A DNA stretch of 34,899 nt from Candidatus Melainabacteria bacterium (GCA_028817775.1 JAPPOW010000177.1:1-34899), one strand, 5' to 3'; counted from the stretch's first letter, positions 8,810 through 16,471 are shown. The notes: generated from the letters alone by a model not told the origin. Made by a program: numbers and translations.

Positions 8810-8858
8810 TTTTTGGCTTCCCGGGTACCCCAAATTGGGGTACCCGGGAAGCCAAAAA
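8810..8858. repeat. perfect 49-bp palindrome (23-bp stem, 3-nt loop) in the divergent flhA / ORF8892 spacer
   Basis: Bases 8810-8832 (tttttggcttcccgggtacccca) are the exact reverse complement of 8836-8858, with loop aat. T-run on the 5' side and A-run on the 3' side, so it is not a canonical intrinsic terminator in either direction. Confidence 0.95.
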
Positions 8859-8891
8859 GCTTTATCTTAATCCTCGCGAGTTGCTGGGAAG

Positions 8892-9350
8892 ATGCTATTA
8901 TTGTTAGTCATGTGGCCATCAGTAAGATTATACGAACCAAAAGGATTCCCTTGGGGAAAACCTATTGATAGAGACAATGTCACAGCAAACCATCTTGGGA
9001 AAGGCCAGGGTGGACAAGGTGACGCTGCTGTAATACAGGCACTTATTGAAAATAATGGCGGTATGTATTCTGTAAAATTAAGACAGACTAGAGACGGTGA
9101 GCTTGGTTTCAATGTCCATGATCAAGCATCAAACAAAAATATTAAATTTACAATTGAAGTAGATGCTGCAGACCCACAATTTAATTCTTCCTTCCTTAGA
9201 GCCTTTGATGGTGATAAGAAAGTAGCAAGTATTTGGCTAAATCTAATAGGACCACTGCAATGGAAGGCCATACAGTTTATGAGAGAACACCCTGAATTGA
9301 TAGGTCCTCTTCACCAAAAGCCAGAAGCTGCAGCTTCTGGTCAAAAATGA
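8892..9350 (+). CDS. hypothetical protein (152 aa), translationally coupled to secF
   Basis: ATG start. Its stop overlaps the secF start (ATGA at 9347-9350), which supports a real co-transcribed gene. No recognisable motif. The N-terminus and start codon are uncertain. Confidence 0.5.
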   Translation: MLLLLVMWPSVRLYEPKGFPWGKPIDRDNVTANHLGKGQGGQGDAAVIQALIENNGGMYSVKLRQTRDGELGFNVHDQASNKNIKFTIEVDAADPQFNSSFLRAFDGDKKVASIWLNLIGPLQWKAIQFMREHPELIGPLHQKPEAAASGQK

Positions 9351-10264
9351 TATCCTTTGAGGATATTATGACAGTGAACAGTGTGAAAAATTCTAGTATT
9401 TGGTTTGCTCTTTCAGGCATCTTGGTTGCCGCAAGTTTAGCTTTTATGCTCTTATCTGCGGTTAAATTAGGAGCGCCACTAAGACTTGGACTTGATTTCA
9501 CCGGTGGCACCAAACTTGAATATAGGTTTGCTGCGACCCAAGCCATCAACTCAGAAAAAGCACTTGTGTTGCTCAAAGCAGTGGGCCTAGAAAATAGCAC
9601 AGCAACCGTTACCAAGGATGAAAATCCTTTGCTCATTATTCGCACCAAAGCAATCTCAGACGCGCCAGAACTTGATGTACTCAACACCAAGCTTGAGCAG
9701 AGCTTTGGCAGCTTCACCATTAGTTCTATTGATACTGTCAGTCCTATCATTGGACCAGAACTCTTTCAAAGCGGCTTGATGGCACTAGCATTCACAGTAC
9801 TTGCAATCATTATATATATTTCAACTCGTTTCAAACGTGATTACGCTATTGCCGCAATCATGGCACTAGTACATGATGTGGTGATCTTGATGGGGGTCTT
9901 TGCCTTCTTAGGTTTATTCAAAGGTGTTGAAGTCAATAGTTTGTTTATCACAGCCATTCTGACTACCTTCGGTTTCTCAGTGCACGATACTATCGTGGTC
10001 TTTGACCGTATCCGCGAGAACCAAAAATTACAAACTCAGAAGTTTAGATTCACTGATGTAGCAAATCTAAGTGTTAACCAGGTTTCAACCCGCTCACTCA
10101 ATACTTCAATTACTACTTTGACTGTACTTGGTTTCCTCTACTTCTTTGGTGGCGCTTCAACTCAACTCTTTGTAGCTGCTTTATTCATTGGTCTGGCTGT
10201 AGGTACCTATAGTTCACTGTTTTTAGCTAGTCCAGTATTGGTTGCACTATCAGGGAAAAAGTAA
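9347..10264 (+). CDS. secF: protein-export membrane protein SecF
   Basis: 305 aa. N-terminal TM segment followed by LGLDFTGGT (SecF GIDFTGGT-type motif). C-terminal five-TM RND-like bundle. Typical SecF length. Confidence 0.88.
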   Translation: MISFEDIMTVNSVKNSSIWFALSGILVAASLAFMLLSAVKLGAPLRLGLDFTGGTKLEYRFAATQAINSEKALVLLKAVGLENSTATVTKDENPLLIIRTKAISDAPELDVLNTKLEQSFGSFTISSIDTVSPIIGPELFQSGLMALAFTVLAIIIYISTRFKRDYAIAAIMALVHDVVILMGVFAFLGLFKGVEVNSLFITAILTTFGFSVHDTIVVFDRIRENQKLQTQKFRFTDVANLSVNQVSTRSLNTSITTLTVLGFLYFFGGASTQLFVAALFIGLAVGTYSSLFLASPVLVALSGKK

Positions 10265-10407
10265 AAACTTCCCCTACCTAAGTTTTAAACTTGTTTAGAA
10301 ATGCCCAAGAGCAAGGCTTGCCAGAGTCCTGCAAGGACGTCCCGAAGTTGGCTGAAGCCAATGAGGGCTGGCCTAACGCAGCTATTGGGTATTTCCGGAC
10401 AAGTTTT

Positions 10408-10437
10408 AAAAAAAAGGACTCCCAAATTGGGAGTCCT
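10408..10437 (-). terminator. rho-independent terminator for the 83-aa RHH-like gene
   Basis: 10-bp stem aggactccca / tgggagtcct (10415-10424 and 10428-10437). On the minus strand the stem is followed by a run of T (A-run 10408-10415 on plus). It lies 26 nt downstream of the stop at 10463. Confidence 0.75.
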
Positions 10438-10462
10438 CACAAAACTAAAGTATCTATTGGGC

Positions 10463-10714
10463 TTATCTCTCAGCGCCAACAAGCTCTCTGTTGCCAGCAA
10501 TAGCTTCTTGAGCTTGGCTCTCAGTACCTTCACCGGCACCTTTAAACTGTCTAGCCCATCTTTCTAACACTTCTGCCTGGCTAAGACTATCTCTGTCAGC
10601 CAAACCCTTAATAATGGTAAGTGCCTCTGGACTAAGACGGAAAGAAACCATCTTCTTGGCTTCACCATATAATGGCTTCGGCCCAGTTTTTTTTCTTGTT
10701 TTTTGTTCAATCAT
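10463..10714 (-). CDS. small ribbon-helix-helix-like DNA-binding protein (83 aa)
   Basis: ATG preceded by AGGAG about 11 nt upstream. KKMVSFRLSPEALTIIKGLADRDSLSQAEVLERWAR has the strand-helix-helix pattern of CopG/RHH proteins. A canonical terminator follows. Confidence 0.6.
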   Translation of the reverse strand: MIEQKTRKKTGPKPLYGEAKKMVSFRLSPEALTIIKGLADRDSLSQAEVLERWARQFKGAGEGTESQAQEAIAGNRELVGAER

Positions 10715-10942
10715 TCTTGGATCACTCCTCTCGCTTTACGTATTCAATTATGTATTGTGTAATTATAACATAGCGCAGAAAGATTTGCACGACCACCCCG
10801 AACTGCACATAGCTTAACTAAACGCTGGGGATAAATTGTATAACATATAAGCAGTAAAGTAAAGTGCTATTACGCAAAATTAAAGTTTATTTTATAAATT
10901 ATGAGTAAATTATAAACAATAAGCAAAATATTAAGGCCAGGC

Positions 10943-11515
10943 CTAGCTTATTTGAGATAGCACAGAATCCAATTCTTGCTCTAAATGAGCCAAATCCCCG
11001 GAATTATCTAGTACAAAATCGGCTCGGCTGGCTTTTTCCCCCTGAGACATCTGCGATTTGATCCTTTTGAGGCAGTCTACTTTGCTCAAATTTGGATTTC
11101 GAGCCAATAATCGCTCAAGCTGCGTGGTCTCATCACAAGTCACAGTAATAATCAAATCATATCTATCCTCAAGGCCGGCCTCAAACAAAAGCGGCAGTAC
11201 ATTTACAATAATCGGTTCATTTTGATTTTTTTTGACCCATTCACGAAAACGGAACTCAACTTTGGGATGCAAAATCGCCTCGAGCCTTGCTCGGCGTGCT
11301 CGCTTAGCATCGTCATCACCAAAAACTAGAGCCGCAAGTTCTTGTTTATCAACAGTACCAAACTCTGCTTCTATCTCAGCGATTACATCTGCTTCACTAT
11401 AAAGCTGCTGCACCACCTCATCGCTATCAAGTACTGGAATATTACGAGCAGCCAAAAGTTCAGCCAAACTTGATTTGCCGCAAGCAATGTTTCCTGTAAG
11501 TCCAATGACTTTCAC
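10943..11515 (-). CDS. coaE: dephospho-CoA kinase
   Basis: 190 aa with a GTG start. P-loop IGLTGNIACGKSS and typical CoaE length and layout (LDSDEV, ILHPKV). Confidence 0.88.
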   Translation of the reverse strand: MKVIGLTGNIACGKSSLAELLAARNIPVLDSDEVVQQLYSEADVIAEIEAEFGTVDKQELAALVFGDDDAKRARRARLEAILHPKVEFRFREWVKKNQNEPIIVNVLPLLFEAGLEDRYDLIITVTCDETTQLERLLARNPNLSKVDCLKRIKSQMSQGEKASRADFVLDNSGDLAHLEQELDSVLSQIS

Positions 11516-11564
11516 AATAGTTATAATAAACCAATTCCAGTATCACAAAAAAGCTCCGGGCTCT

Positions 11565-11604
11565 GAGCTGAGGGCTCAGAAAAATTCCACCGAGCCCTCA
11601 GCTC
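11565..11604. repeat. 13-bp perfect inverted repeat with 14-nt spacer in the coaE / pilin-like divergent spacer
   Basis: gagctgagggctc (11565-11577) is the exact reverse complement of gagccctcagctc (11592-11604). Confidence 0.9.
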
Positions 11605-11626
11605 TAAACTCTACTATACTAGTCTT

Positions 11627-12367
11627 GTGCGTAATAGCCGAGGCTATACATTAATGGAGCTCATGGTTGCAATCAGTGTGATTGCAATTGTCTTGGGTTT
11701 GATTTATTCCAACTATAACAAGGGACTCAAACTCTTTACCAAATCCTTCCAATATGGGCGGCTACAATCCGATGCCCGGTCTGCCTTGGTCATGATGACC
11801 AATAGAATCAAACAAGCCAGCAAAGGACTAATTTATGTCGGGGATGGCTACAACTCCTCTGTGCCACTGCCACGTGATTATGCCTACGGCAAACCTTATA
11901 TATACTTTGCTGTACCAAGGATTAATCAGCTTAAAGAATCGACTGATCTCAAAGCCAAAGTTGCTGATCGTAGTGAGGATCCCTATGATTACTACCTTTA
12001 CTATATTGCTTTTGCTAAAGATCATGATGACAATTTGCTACTCGATAGAGCAAAACTCAAATTACTAACAATACCAAATCAAGATGGTATTTATACTAAT
12101 GACAACGCTGACCGCTGGCCAGTGATGGCACCTGAACTTTTGGGCAAAGCTTATTACGAAGAAGAACCTGGGGTAACCAAAACTGGTATCGGCTCCTTTA
12201 TTGAATTCTCCAACTTATCAGATGAATTCTCACTCTATCAATCTGAGTTCTCCTTCAATTACTACACTATTAATTACGATCATTTATTCAAGGTCAAAGT
12301 CAAACTGGTTGATCCTAAAACTAATTCAAATTTGAGTTTTGAAACAGCAGTGACACCACGCAATTAA
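11627..12367 (+). CDS. prepilin-type N-terminal cleavage/methylation domain protein (pseudopilin or type IV pilin-like)
   Basis: GTG start. Class III signal MRNSRG|YTLMELMVAISVIAIVLGL, i.e. G-(F/Y)-T-L-x-E followed by a hydrophobic helix. 246 aa. Confidence 0.75.
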   Translation: MRNSRGYTLMELMVAISVIAIVLGLIYSNYNKGLKLFTKSFQYGRLQSDARSALVMMTNRIKQASKGLIYVGDGYNSSVPLPRDYAYGKPYIYFAVPRINQLKESTDLKAKVADRSEDPYDYYLYYIAFAKDHDDNLLLDRAKLKLLTIPNQDGIYTNDNADRWPVMAPELLGKAYYEEEPGVTKTGIGSFIEFSNLSDEFSLYQSEFSFNYYTINYDHLFKVKVKLVDPKTNSNLSFETAVTPRN

Positions 12368-12368
12368 A

Positions 12369-12403
12369 GTCATTGCAAGGAGGAACGACGAAACAATCCA
12401 GAC
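12369..12403 (+). repeat. family B repeat, single arm (copy B1)
   Basis: gtcattgcaaggaggaacgacgaaacaatccagac matches the arm consensus GTCATTGC(G/A)AGG...CGA(A/C)GCAATCCAGA. It lies between the pilin-like stop and the OppA-like ATG. Confidence 0.8.
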
Positions 12404-12408
12404 ATAAG

Positions 12409-14001
12409 ATGAAGAGCAAAATTAACAACTGGATCACTTCCTCGCTCTGCGCGCTCCTCGTGATGACGATCTGCTCATGTAGCAAAATCAATGAGAGTGA
12501 TACTCTACGCATGAATCTTGGCACCGAGCCACCAAGTTTGGATTGGAATATTCTTAGTGATTACAATTCAATGGAAATCGTTGCCAATATCATGGTTGGG
12601 CTAAGTAGATTTTCAGTTAATGAAGAAGGTGAAGCGATCTCAGTGCCTGGCTGCGCCAAGAGCTGGCAGATCAGTAAGGATGGTTTGACTTATAGCTTCC
12701 AACTGGACCCAAAAGCCCGCTGGACTGATGGTAAACAAGTCACTGCCCAGCATTTCATTGATTCTTATACCAGGCTATTGGACCCAGCTACTGCAGCGCC
12801 CTATGCTGGTTTACTCTCAATGATTGATCTTAAAAATAGCAAAGCAATTAACGATCAAAACTTAATCATTAAACTAAAATACCCTGCACCATATTTTATT
12901 CATCTCAGTTCTTCAGTGATTACTTATCCCATCCGGCTTGATTTGATCAAGAAATATGGCAAACAGTGGACTGACCCCGAGAACTTGGTGAGCAACGGAC
13001 CTTATAAATTAAAACAATGGCAACATGAATACAAAATCCTACTTGAACGTAACGATGATTTTTTTCAAGAGCCTGCCAAAATCCAATACCTCAAATATTT
13101 CATGGTGGCAGAGCAAGCCAGCGCCTATACTTTATTCCTCAACAACCAGTTTGATTGGATAGATGGTCGTTCGATTCCTGCAAGTGAACACAAAAACCTA
13201 AGCAAGGAAGCCGAACGCCATCTACTCCTGCGCAATAGCTTTGTTGGTTTCAATCATCAACGCCAGCCACTTGATGATGAGCGAGTACGCCAAGCTATGA
13301 GTTTTGCAATTGACCGCAAACTCTTTGCCCAAATCAGATCCAAGGGTGATCTTGCCAATTCAACTTGGATCCCGCCAAGTCTAGGCACTTACTTGAATAT
13401 AGAAGATCTGGCACGCAGTTTCAAAGCAAAATATCAAACTGAATTTCGTCAAGATGGTTACTACCCTCAGCTCGCTCGCAAATTATTAGCTCAAGCTGGT
13501 TACCCTGATGGATACAACTTTCCTGAACTTGAATTAGCTGTACCTAGTAGAGAAGATGTCAAATTACAAGCTGAAGCTTTGCAAGCAATGTGGCGCAAAG
13601 AACTCAATATCCAGGTCCGTATCACAACTATGGAGTGGAAAGTTTTCCTTGCTCGCCTACGCAGTGATACACCCGATCTCTTTCGCTCCAATTGGGGTGC
13701 TGACTATCCTGACCCTGATACGTTTATGAATTTATTTTTGAGCACTAGTCCGTTTAACGATGTCAAATTTCATAATGCAAAATATGATCGACTAGTCAAA
13801 GCTGCTGCACGTAGCAACAAAATTAAACAAAGACGCAAACTCTATACTCAAGCTGAAATCTTGCTCACTCAAGACCAGGTTGCAATTGCCCCACTATATA
13901 TAGATAGGCAAACAATCATTAAAAAACCATGGTTGAAGGGGTTCACCTATAGTCCTATGGATTTAGTATTTCTCGACAAAGTCGAGAAATATGCTTTATG
14001 A
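12409..14001 (+). CDS. family 5 (OppA/DppA-like) solute-binding lipoprotein, orphan
   Basis: Track ORF 12373 (TTG) trimmed to ATG 12409, because 12369-12403 is repeat sequence. Lipoprotein-type signal MKSKINNWITSSLCALLVMTICSCS. 530 aa with SBP_5-like strings (WTDG, NGPYKL, ADYPDPDTF). No permease or ATPase genes adjacent. Confidence 0.82.
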   Translation: MKSKINNWITSSLCALLVMTICSCSKINESDTLRMNLGTEPPSLDWNILSDYNSMEIVANIMVGLSRFSVNEEGEAISVPGCAKSWQISKDGLTYSFQLDPKARWTDGKQVTAQHFIDSYTRLLDPATAAPYAGLLSMIDLKNSKAINDQNLIIKLKYPAPYFIHLSSSVITYPIRLDLIKKYGKQWTDPENLVSNGPYKLKQWQHEYKILLERNDDFFQEPAKIQYLKYFMVAEQASAYTLFLNNQFDWIDGRSIPASEHKNLSKEAERHLLLRNSFVGFNHQRQPLDDERVRQAMSFAIDRKLFAQIRSKGDLANSTWIPPSLGTYLNIEDLARSFKAKYQTEFRQDGYYPQLARKLLAQAGYPDGYNFPELELAVPSREDVKLQAEALQAMWRKELNIQVRITTMEWKVFLARLRSDTPDLFRSNWGADYPDPDTFMNLFLSTSPFNDVKFHNAKYDRLVKAAARSNKIKQRRKLYTQAEILLTQDQVAIAPLYIDRQTIIKKPWLKGFTYSPMDLVFLDKVEKYAL

Positions 14002-14002
14002 A

Positions 14003-14120
14003 GCCTTCGGCTTCTGCACATGGCACTTCGTGCCTGCGTATGGGCTTAACGCCCTGCTTCTACAGCGAAGCATAAGCAGGAGCAGAGCTCCATGTGCAGC
14101 TTGCAAGGCAAGCATATGCC
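14003..14120. repeat. family A nested-palindrome repeat, copy A1 (degenerate right arm)
   Basis: Shares the leading hairpin gaagcc-ttc-ggcttc and the core GCAGGAGC-aga-GCTCCATGTGCAG. It also shares a 24-nt identity (ctgcacatggcacttcgtgcctgc, 14014-14037) with copy A4 (28984-29007). Confidence 0.8.
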
Positions 14121-14164
14121 ACAATCAATAAGACTGGCTATCTGTGGTAACATGTACCCAATAA

Positions 14165-14830
14165 ATGAAGCTTGCTTCCACAATTAAAGACAAAATCAAA
14201 AAAGGTATTGACCGTGGCACGGATAAGGTGCTCTCAGCCAAACTTAAGGACGAATTAGGGCTAAATCAACCTAGTCTAGCTACCTTGCAGACTCTTAGTC
14301 AGACCAGTGATGTTGATGCTAATCTCAATTCTTTCTTCAAGCCGGTCAGCTCTACTTTCCTTAGTAGCCGTGACTACAAAAGAATCCAAAACTGGGCTGT
14401 GACCTTTATTGTAATTGTTTCAGTTGCACTAATGATTTTGTTCTTTTCATTGATTCTACCTAATAAGGATTATTCCAATGCCTTGGCAGGTTCTCAAGTC
14501 ATAGTCAAGGGTAAAAAAATCAATGCCAACAAAGTTGTTGAAAGCAAAGCTGATGAGGACGTTAAACAACCAAATGAGGAGCTTGGCATTGAGAATATCG
14601 TTCTAGCCAACGCACCGACTCAAGAGCTAGCACGCCGCTCACCACTAGTTAATAGTGGTAGTGTCACTTTGATGGAGTATAAAATCCGCTCTGGTGACAC
14701 ACTAGAAAGAGTTGCTTCTAAGTTCTATGGTTCAAGCAGCTACGAAAATGTCCAAAAAATCAAAACTGCTAACAAAATTGCCAATGCTAGATTAATTCAG
14801 ATTGGTCAGAATTTGATTATTCCTATGTAG
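14165..14830 (+). CDS. LysM domain membrane-anchored protein
   Basis: 221 aa. Single TM at about aa 76-97 (WAVTFIVIVSVALMILFFSLIL). C-terminal LysM (YKIRSGDTLERVASKFYG...ARLIQIGQNLIIP). Confidence 0.8.
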   Translation: MKLASTIKDKIKKGIDRGTDKVLSAKLKDELGLNQPSLATLQTLSQTSDVDANLNSFFKPVSSTFLSSRDYKRIQNWAVTFIVIVSVALMILFFSLILPNKDYSNALAGSQVIVKGKKINANKVVESKADEDVKQPNEELGIENIVLANAPTQELARRSPLVNSGSVTLMEYKIRSGDTLERVASKFYGSSSYENVQKIKTANKIANARLIQIGQNLIIPM

Positions 14831-14835
14831 GCTAA

Positions 14836-14935
14836 GTCATTGCGAGGAACGCAGTGGCGAAGCAATCCAATCCACAGACTTAAACAATCCACTAGATTGC
14901 TTCCCGCCACGCCTTTGGCTCGCGGTCGCAATGAC
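14836..14935. repeat. family B repeat, full two-armed palindromic copy (B2)
   Basis: Left arm is gtcattgcgaggaacgcagtggcgaagcaatcc. The right arm ends in ggtcgcaatgac. The copy fills the convergent spacer between the LysM gene and the 247-aa gene. Track ORF 14840-15082 is merely its translation. Confidence 0.88.
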
Positions 14936-14944
14936 AGTTCTAGT

Positions 14945-15688
14945 CTATACTTCTTTCAAACCCTCTGGGACCTGGTCTGGCTCAAGAACTTCAGCTTGCT
15001 GAACTTCCGGCAAAATATTATTGATGATATTCAAGTAATCATCCATTTGTCCAAGATACATCAAACTTTGTTCATCATCTAAGTTGAGTAATTGTGCTCT
15101 TTCAACAACAACCGCTTCACGCAATGCAGCCAGGCGATCCATTGCAGCAGAATAATCAGGATGATGCTTTGGCATATCTTCTATTGCCTGAATAATTTTA
15201 AAAACATGATTTGGATTTTCTCTCAGGTAATGAACCTTGTGCTCAAGCACGTCATTCAAAGCTTTGACTGGTTCTGTTACAAGAGCGGTATCTTCTTCTT
15301 TTTTGGTTGATTTGGCTAGGTTAGTTGCAGTGAAGAAGAACAAAGCTGCAGGCACTGCAAACATCATTCCAAGCAGTTTAATATTCAAGAAGAACATGGA
15401 GAGAACTGCAGCTGTAGAACAGCCAAAACCACCAAGCAAACAAGCCGCACGTCCGATTTTTTTACCAAAGTTAAAAATACTATCCAAAACTGAAAGTCCA
15501 CGTAACTCTCGTGTCGTTTGACTCGAATTGACCTCCTGGTTTCTACTCATACGCTCAGCTGCTTGCCTCCTAGTCTGGGCGCTAGCTCCGTTACCATTTA
15601 CTTGCTCGTAATGCGACGGCTGCGGCCCTTGAGCTTCGTCAGGCTGCGTAGTATTTTGATATGGAGAACTATTCTGGACTGCTTCCAT
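14945..15688 (-). CDS. hypothetical membrane protein with bilobed hydrophobic hairpin (Inc-like topology)
   Basis: 247 aa with an ATG start. About 75 aa of Q/N/S/P-rich N-terminus without a signal peptide. Two hydrophobic segments, AACLLGGFGCSTAAVLSMFFL and LLGMMFAVPAALFFFTATNL, are separated only by NIK. About 120 aa helical C-terminus. Confidence 0.65.
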   Translation of the reverse strand: MEAVQNSSPYQNTTQPDEAQGPQPSHYEQVNGNGASAQTRRQAAERMSRNQEVNSSQTTRELRGLSVLDSIFNFGKKIGRAACLLGGFGCSTAAVLSMFFLNIKLLGMMFAVPAALFFFTATNLAKSTKKEEDTALVTEPVKALNDVLEHKVHYLRENPNHVFKIIQAIEDMPKHHPDYSAAMDRLAALREAVVVERAQLLNLDDEQSLMYLGQMDDYLNIINNILPEVQQAEVLEPDQVPEGLKEV

Positions 15689-15900
15689 TGGTCGATCCGT
15701 AATTACATATTATAACAGGTCAAGACCCTTTGTTTTATATACCCCCCAATGGGTATGCAGGGTATCATGTAAATACTAGGTTTTCTTTATTTTTTAAAAA
15801 AGCTTTGCTGATATTATAAATCCTACTTGTTTCGGCAGGTAATAGTGCAGGCTATGCAATTAAACTACGGTTAGCGTCAATAAATAAGGAGGTACGGTTT

Positions 15901-16338
15901 ATGTTTGGCCCACATTTAATCATGGAAGCAAATGGTTGCAGTTACGACAAACTCAATAACGAGAAGCTATTAACCGATCTCCTAGATCAATTACCAGAAA
16001 AAATGAATATGACCAAAATCATGGCTCCTTATGTCTTTGAATACAAAGGCGGAGTTGAACCTGATGATTGGGGTCTAAGCGGTATTGTCATCATTGCAGA
16101 AAGTCACCTAGCTTTCCATACTTTCCCTGACAAAGGTTTCCTTACTGTCGATATTTTTAGTTGCAAAGATTTTGATGTTGCTCATGCAGTTTCAGAGATT
16201 GTCAAAGTTTTTGAACCAGAGACCTGGGATCAACAACTCATTCAGCGTGGTAGAGAATTCCCTAAATCAATGACTAGAGCTAAACTAGTGCTTGATAACG
16301 AGCGCACACAATTTAGTCAACTTGCTTACGCAAGCTGA
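15901..16338 (+). CDS. speH: S-adenosylmethionine decarboxylase proenzyme, class 1B (SpeH/SpeD-type)
   Basis: AAGGAGG 8 nt upstream of the ATG. 145 aa. Pyruvoyl self-processing motif IIAESHLAFHTFPD followed by TVDIFSC. Confidence 0.85.
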   Translation: MFGPHLIMEANGCSYDKLNNEKLLTDLLDQLPEKMNMTKIMAPYVFEYKGGVEPDDWGLSGIVIIAESHLAFHTFPDKGFLTVDIFSCKDFDVAHAVSEIVKVFEPETWDQQLIQRGREFPKSMTRAKLVLDNERTQFSQLAYAS

Positions 16339-16349
16339 CTGGCAGTGTA

Positions 16350-16466
16350 AAGCCTACGGCTTCTGCAGAATGGTCACTTCGTTCCCTGCAATATGCTACG
16401 CTGCTGTCAGCAGGCGGAGCCATAAGCAGGAGCATAAGCTCCATCTGCAGGGAACGAAGTGACCAT
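16350..16466. repeat. family A nested-palindrome repeat, copy A2 (best preserved)
   Basis: Perfect 21/21 terminal inverted repeat: atggtcacttcgttccctgca (16370-16390) versus tgcagggaacgaagtgaccat (16446-16466). Leading hairpin aagcc-tac-ggctt. Inner stem ggagc-ataa-gctcc. The copy ends 5 nt before the TrpD-like ATG. Confidence 0.92.
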
Positions 16467-16471
16467 TTGCC

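Noticed and set aside
8823-8846. GGTACCCGGG (KpnI/SmaI sites, as in pUC-type polylinkers) inside the 49-bp palindrome, which raised the question of vector contamination.
   Set aside because: Only about 10 nt match. The string is duplicated as part of a perfect native-looking palindrome, and the flanks are ordinary genomic sequence with intact genes on both sides.
10265-10407. A 143-nt secF 3' region with several small hairpins (gtcct-gca-aggac and ttggc-tgaa-gccaa). I considered an ncRNA (SRP, 6S) or a decayed repeat.
   Set aside because: I saw no SRP domain IV or other diagnostic motif, and no convincing alignment to families A, B or C. It remains unexplained and is not reportable as a feature.
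10463-10714. The RHH-like small gene as the antitoxin half of a toxin-antitoxin pair.
   Set aside because: There is no partner ORF. A canonical terminator follows 26 nt after its stop, and the overlapping 84-aa track ORF (10285-10539) is implausible.
14840-15082. 80-aa ORF MRGTQWRSNPIH..., and the minus-strand ORF 12321-12524 containing LDCFVVPPCND.
   Set aside because: Both are translations of family B repeat sequence that run into neighbouring antisense regions. They are not genes.
16370-16462. A mini-ORF starting at the ATG of the family A left arm (MVTSFPAICYAAVSRRSHKQEHKLHLQGTK) and ending at the TGA in the right arm. Similar ORFs exist in A3 and A4.
   Set aside because: After the shared first ~7 codons the reading frames differ between copies because of indels. 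Conservation is therefore at the DNA/RNA hairpin level and not at the peptide level.
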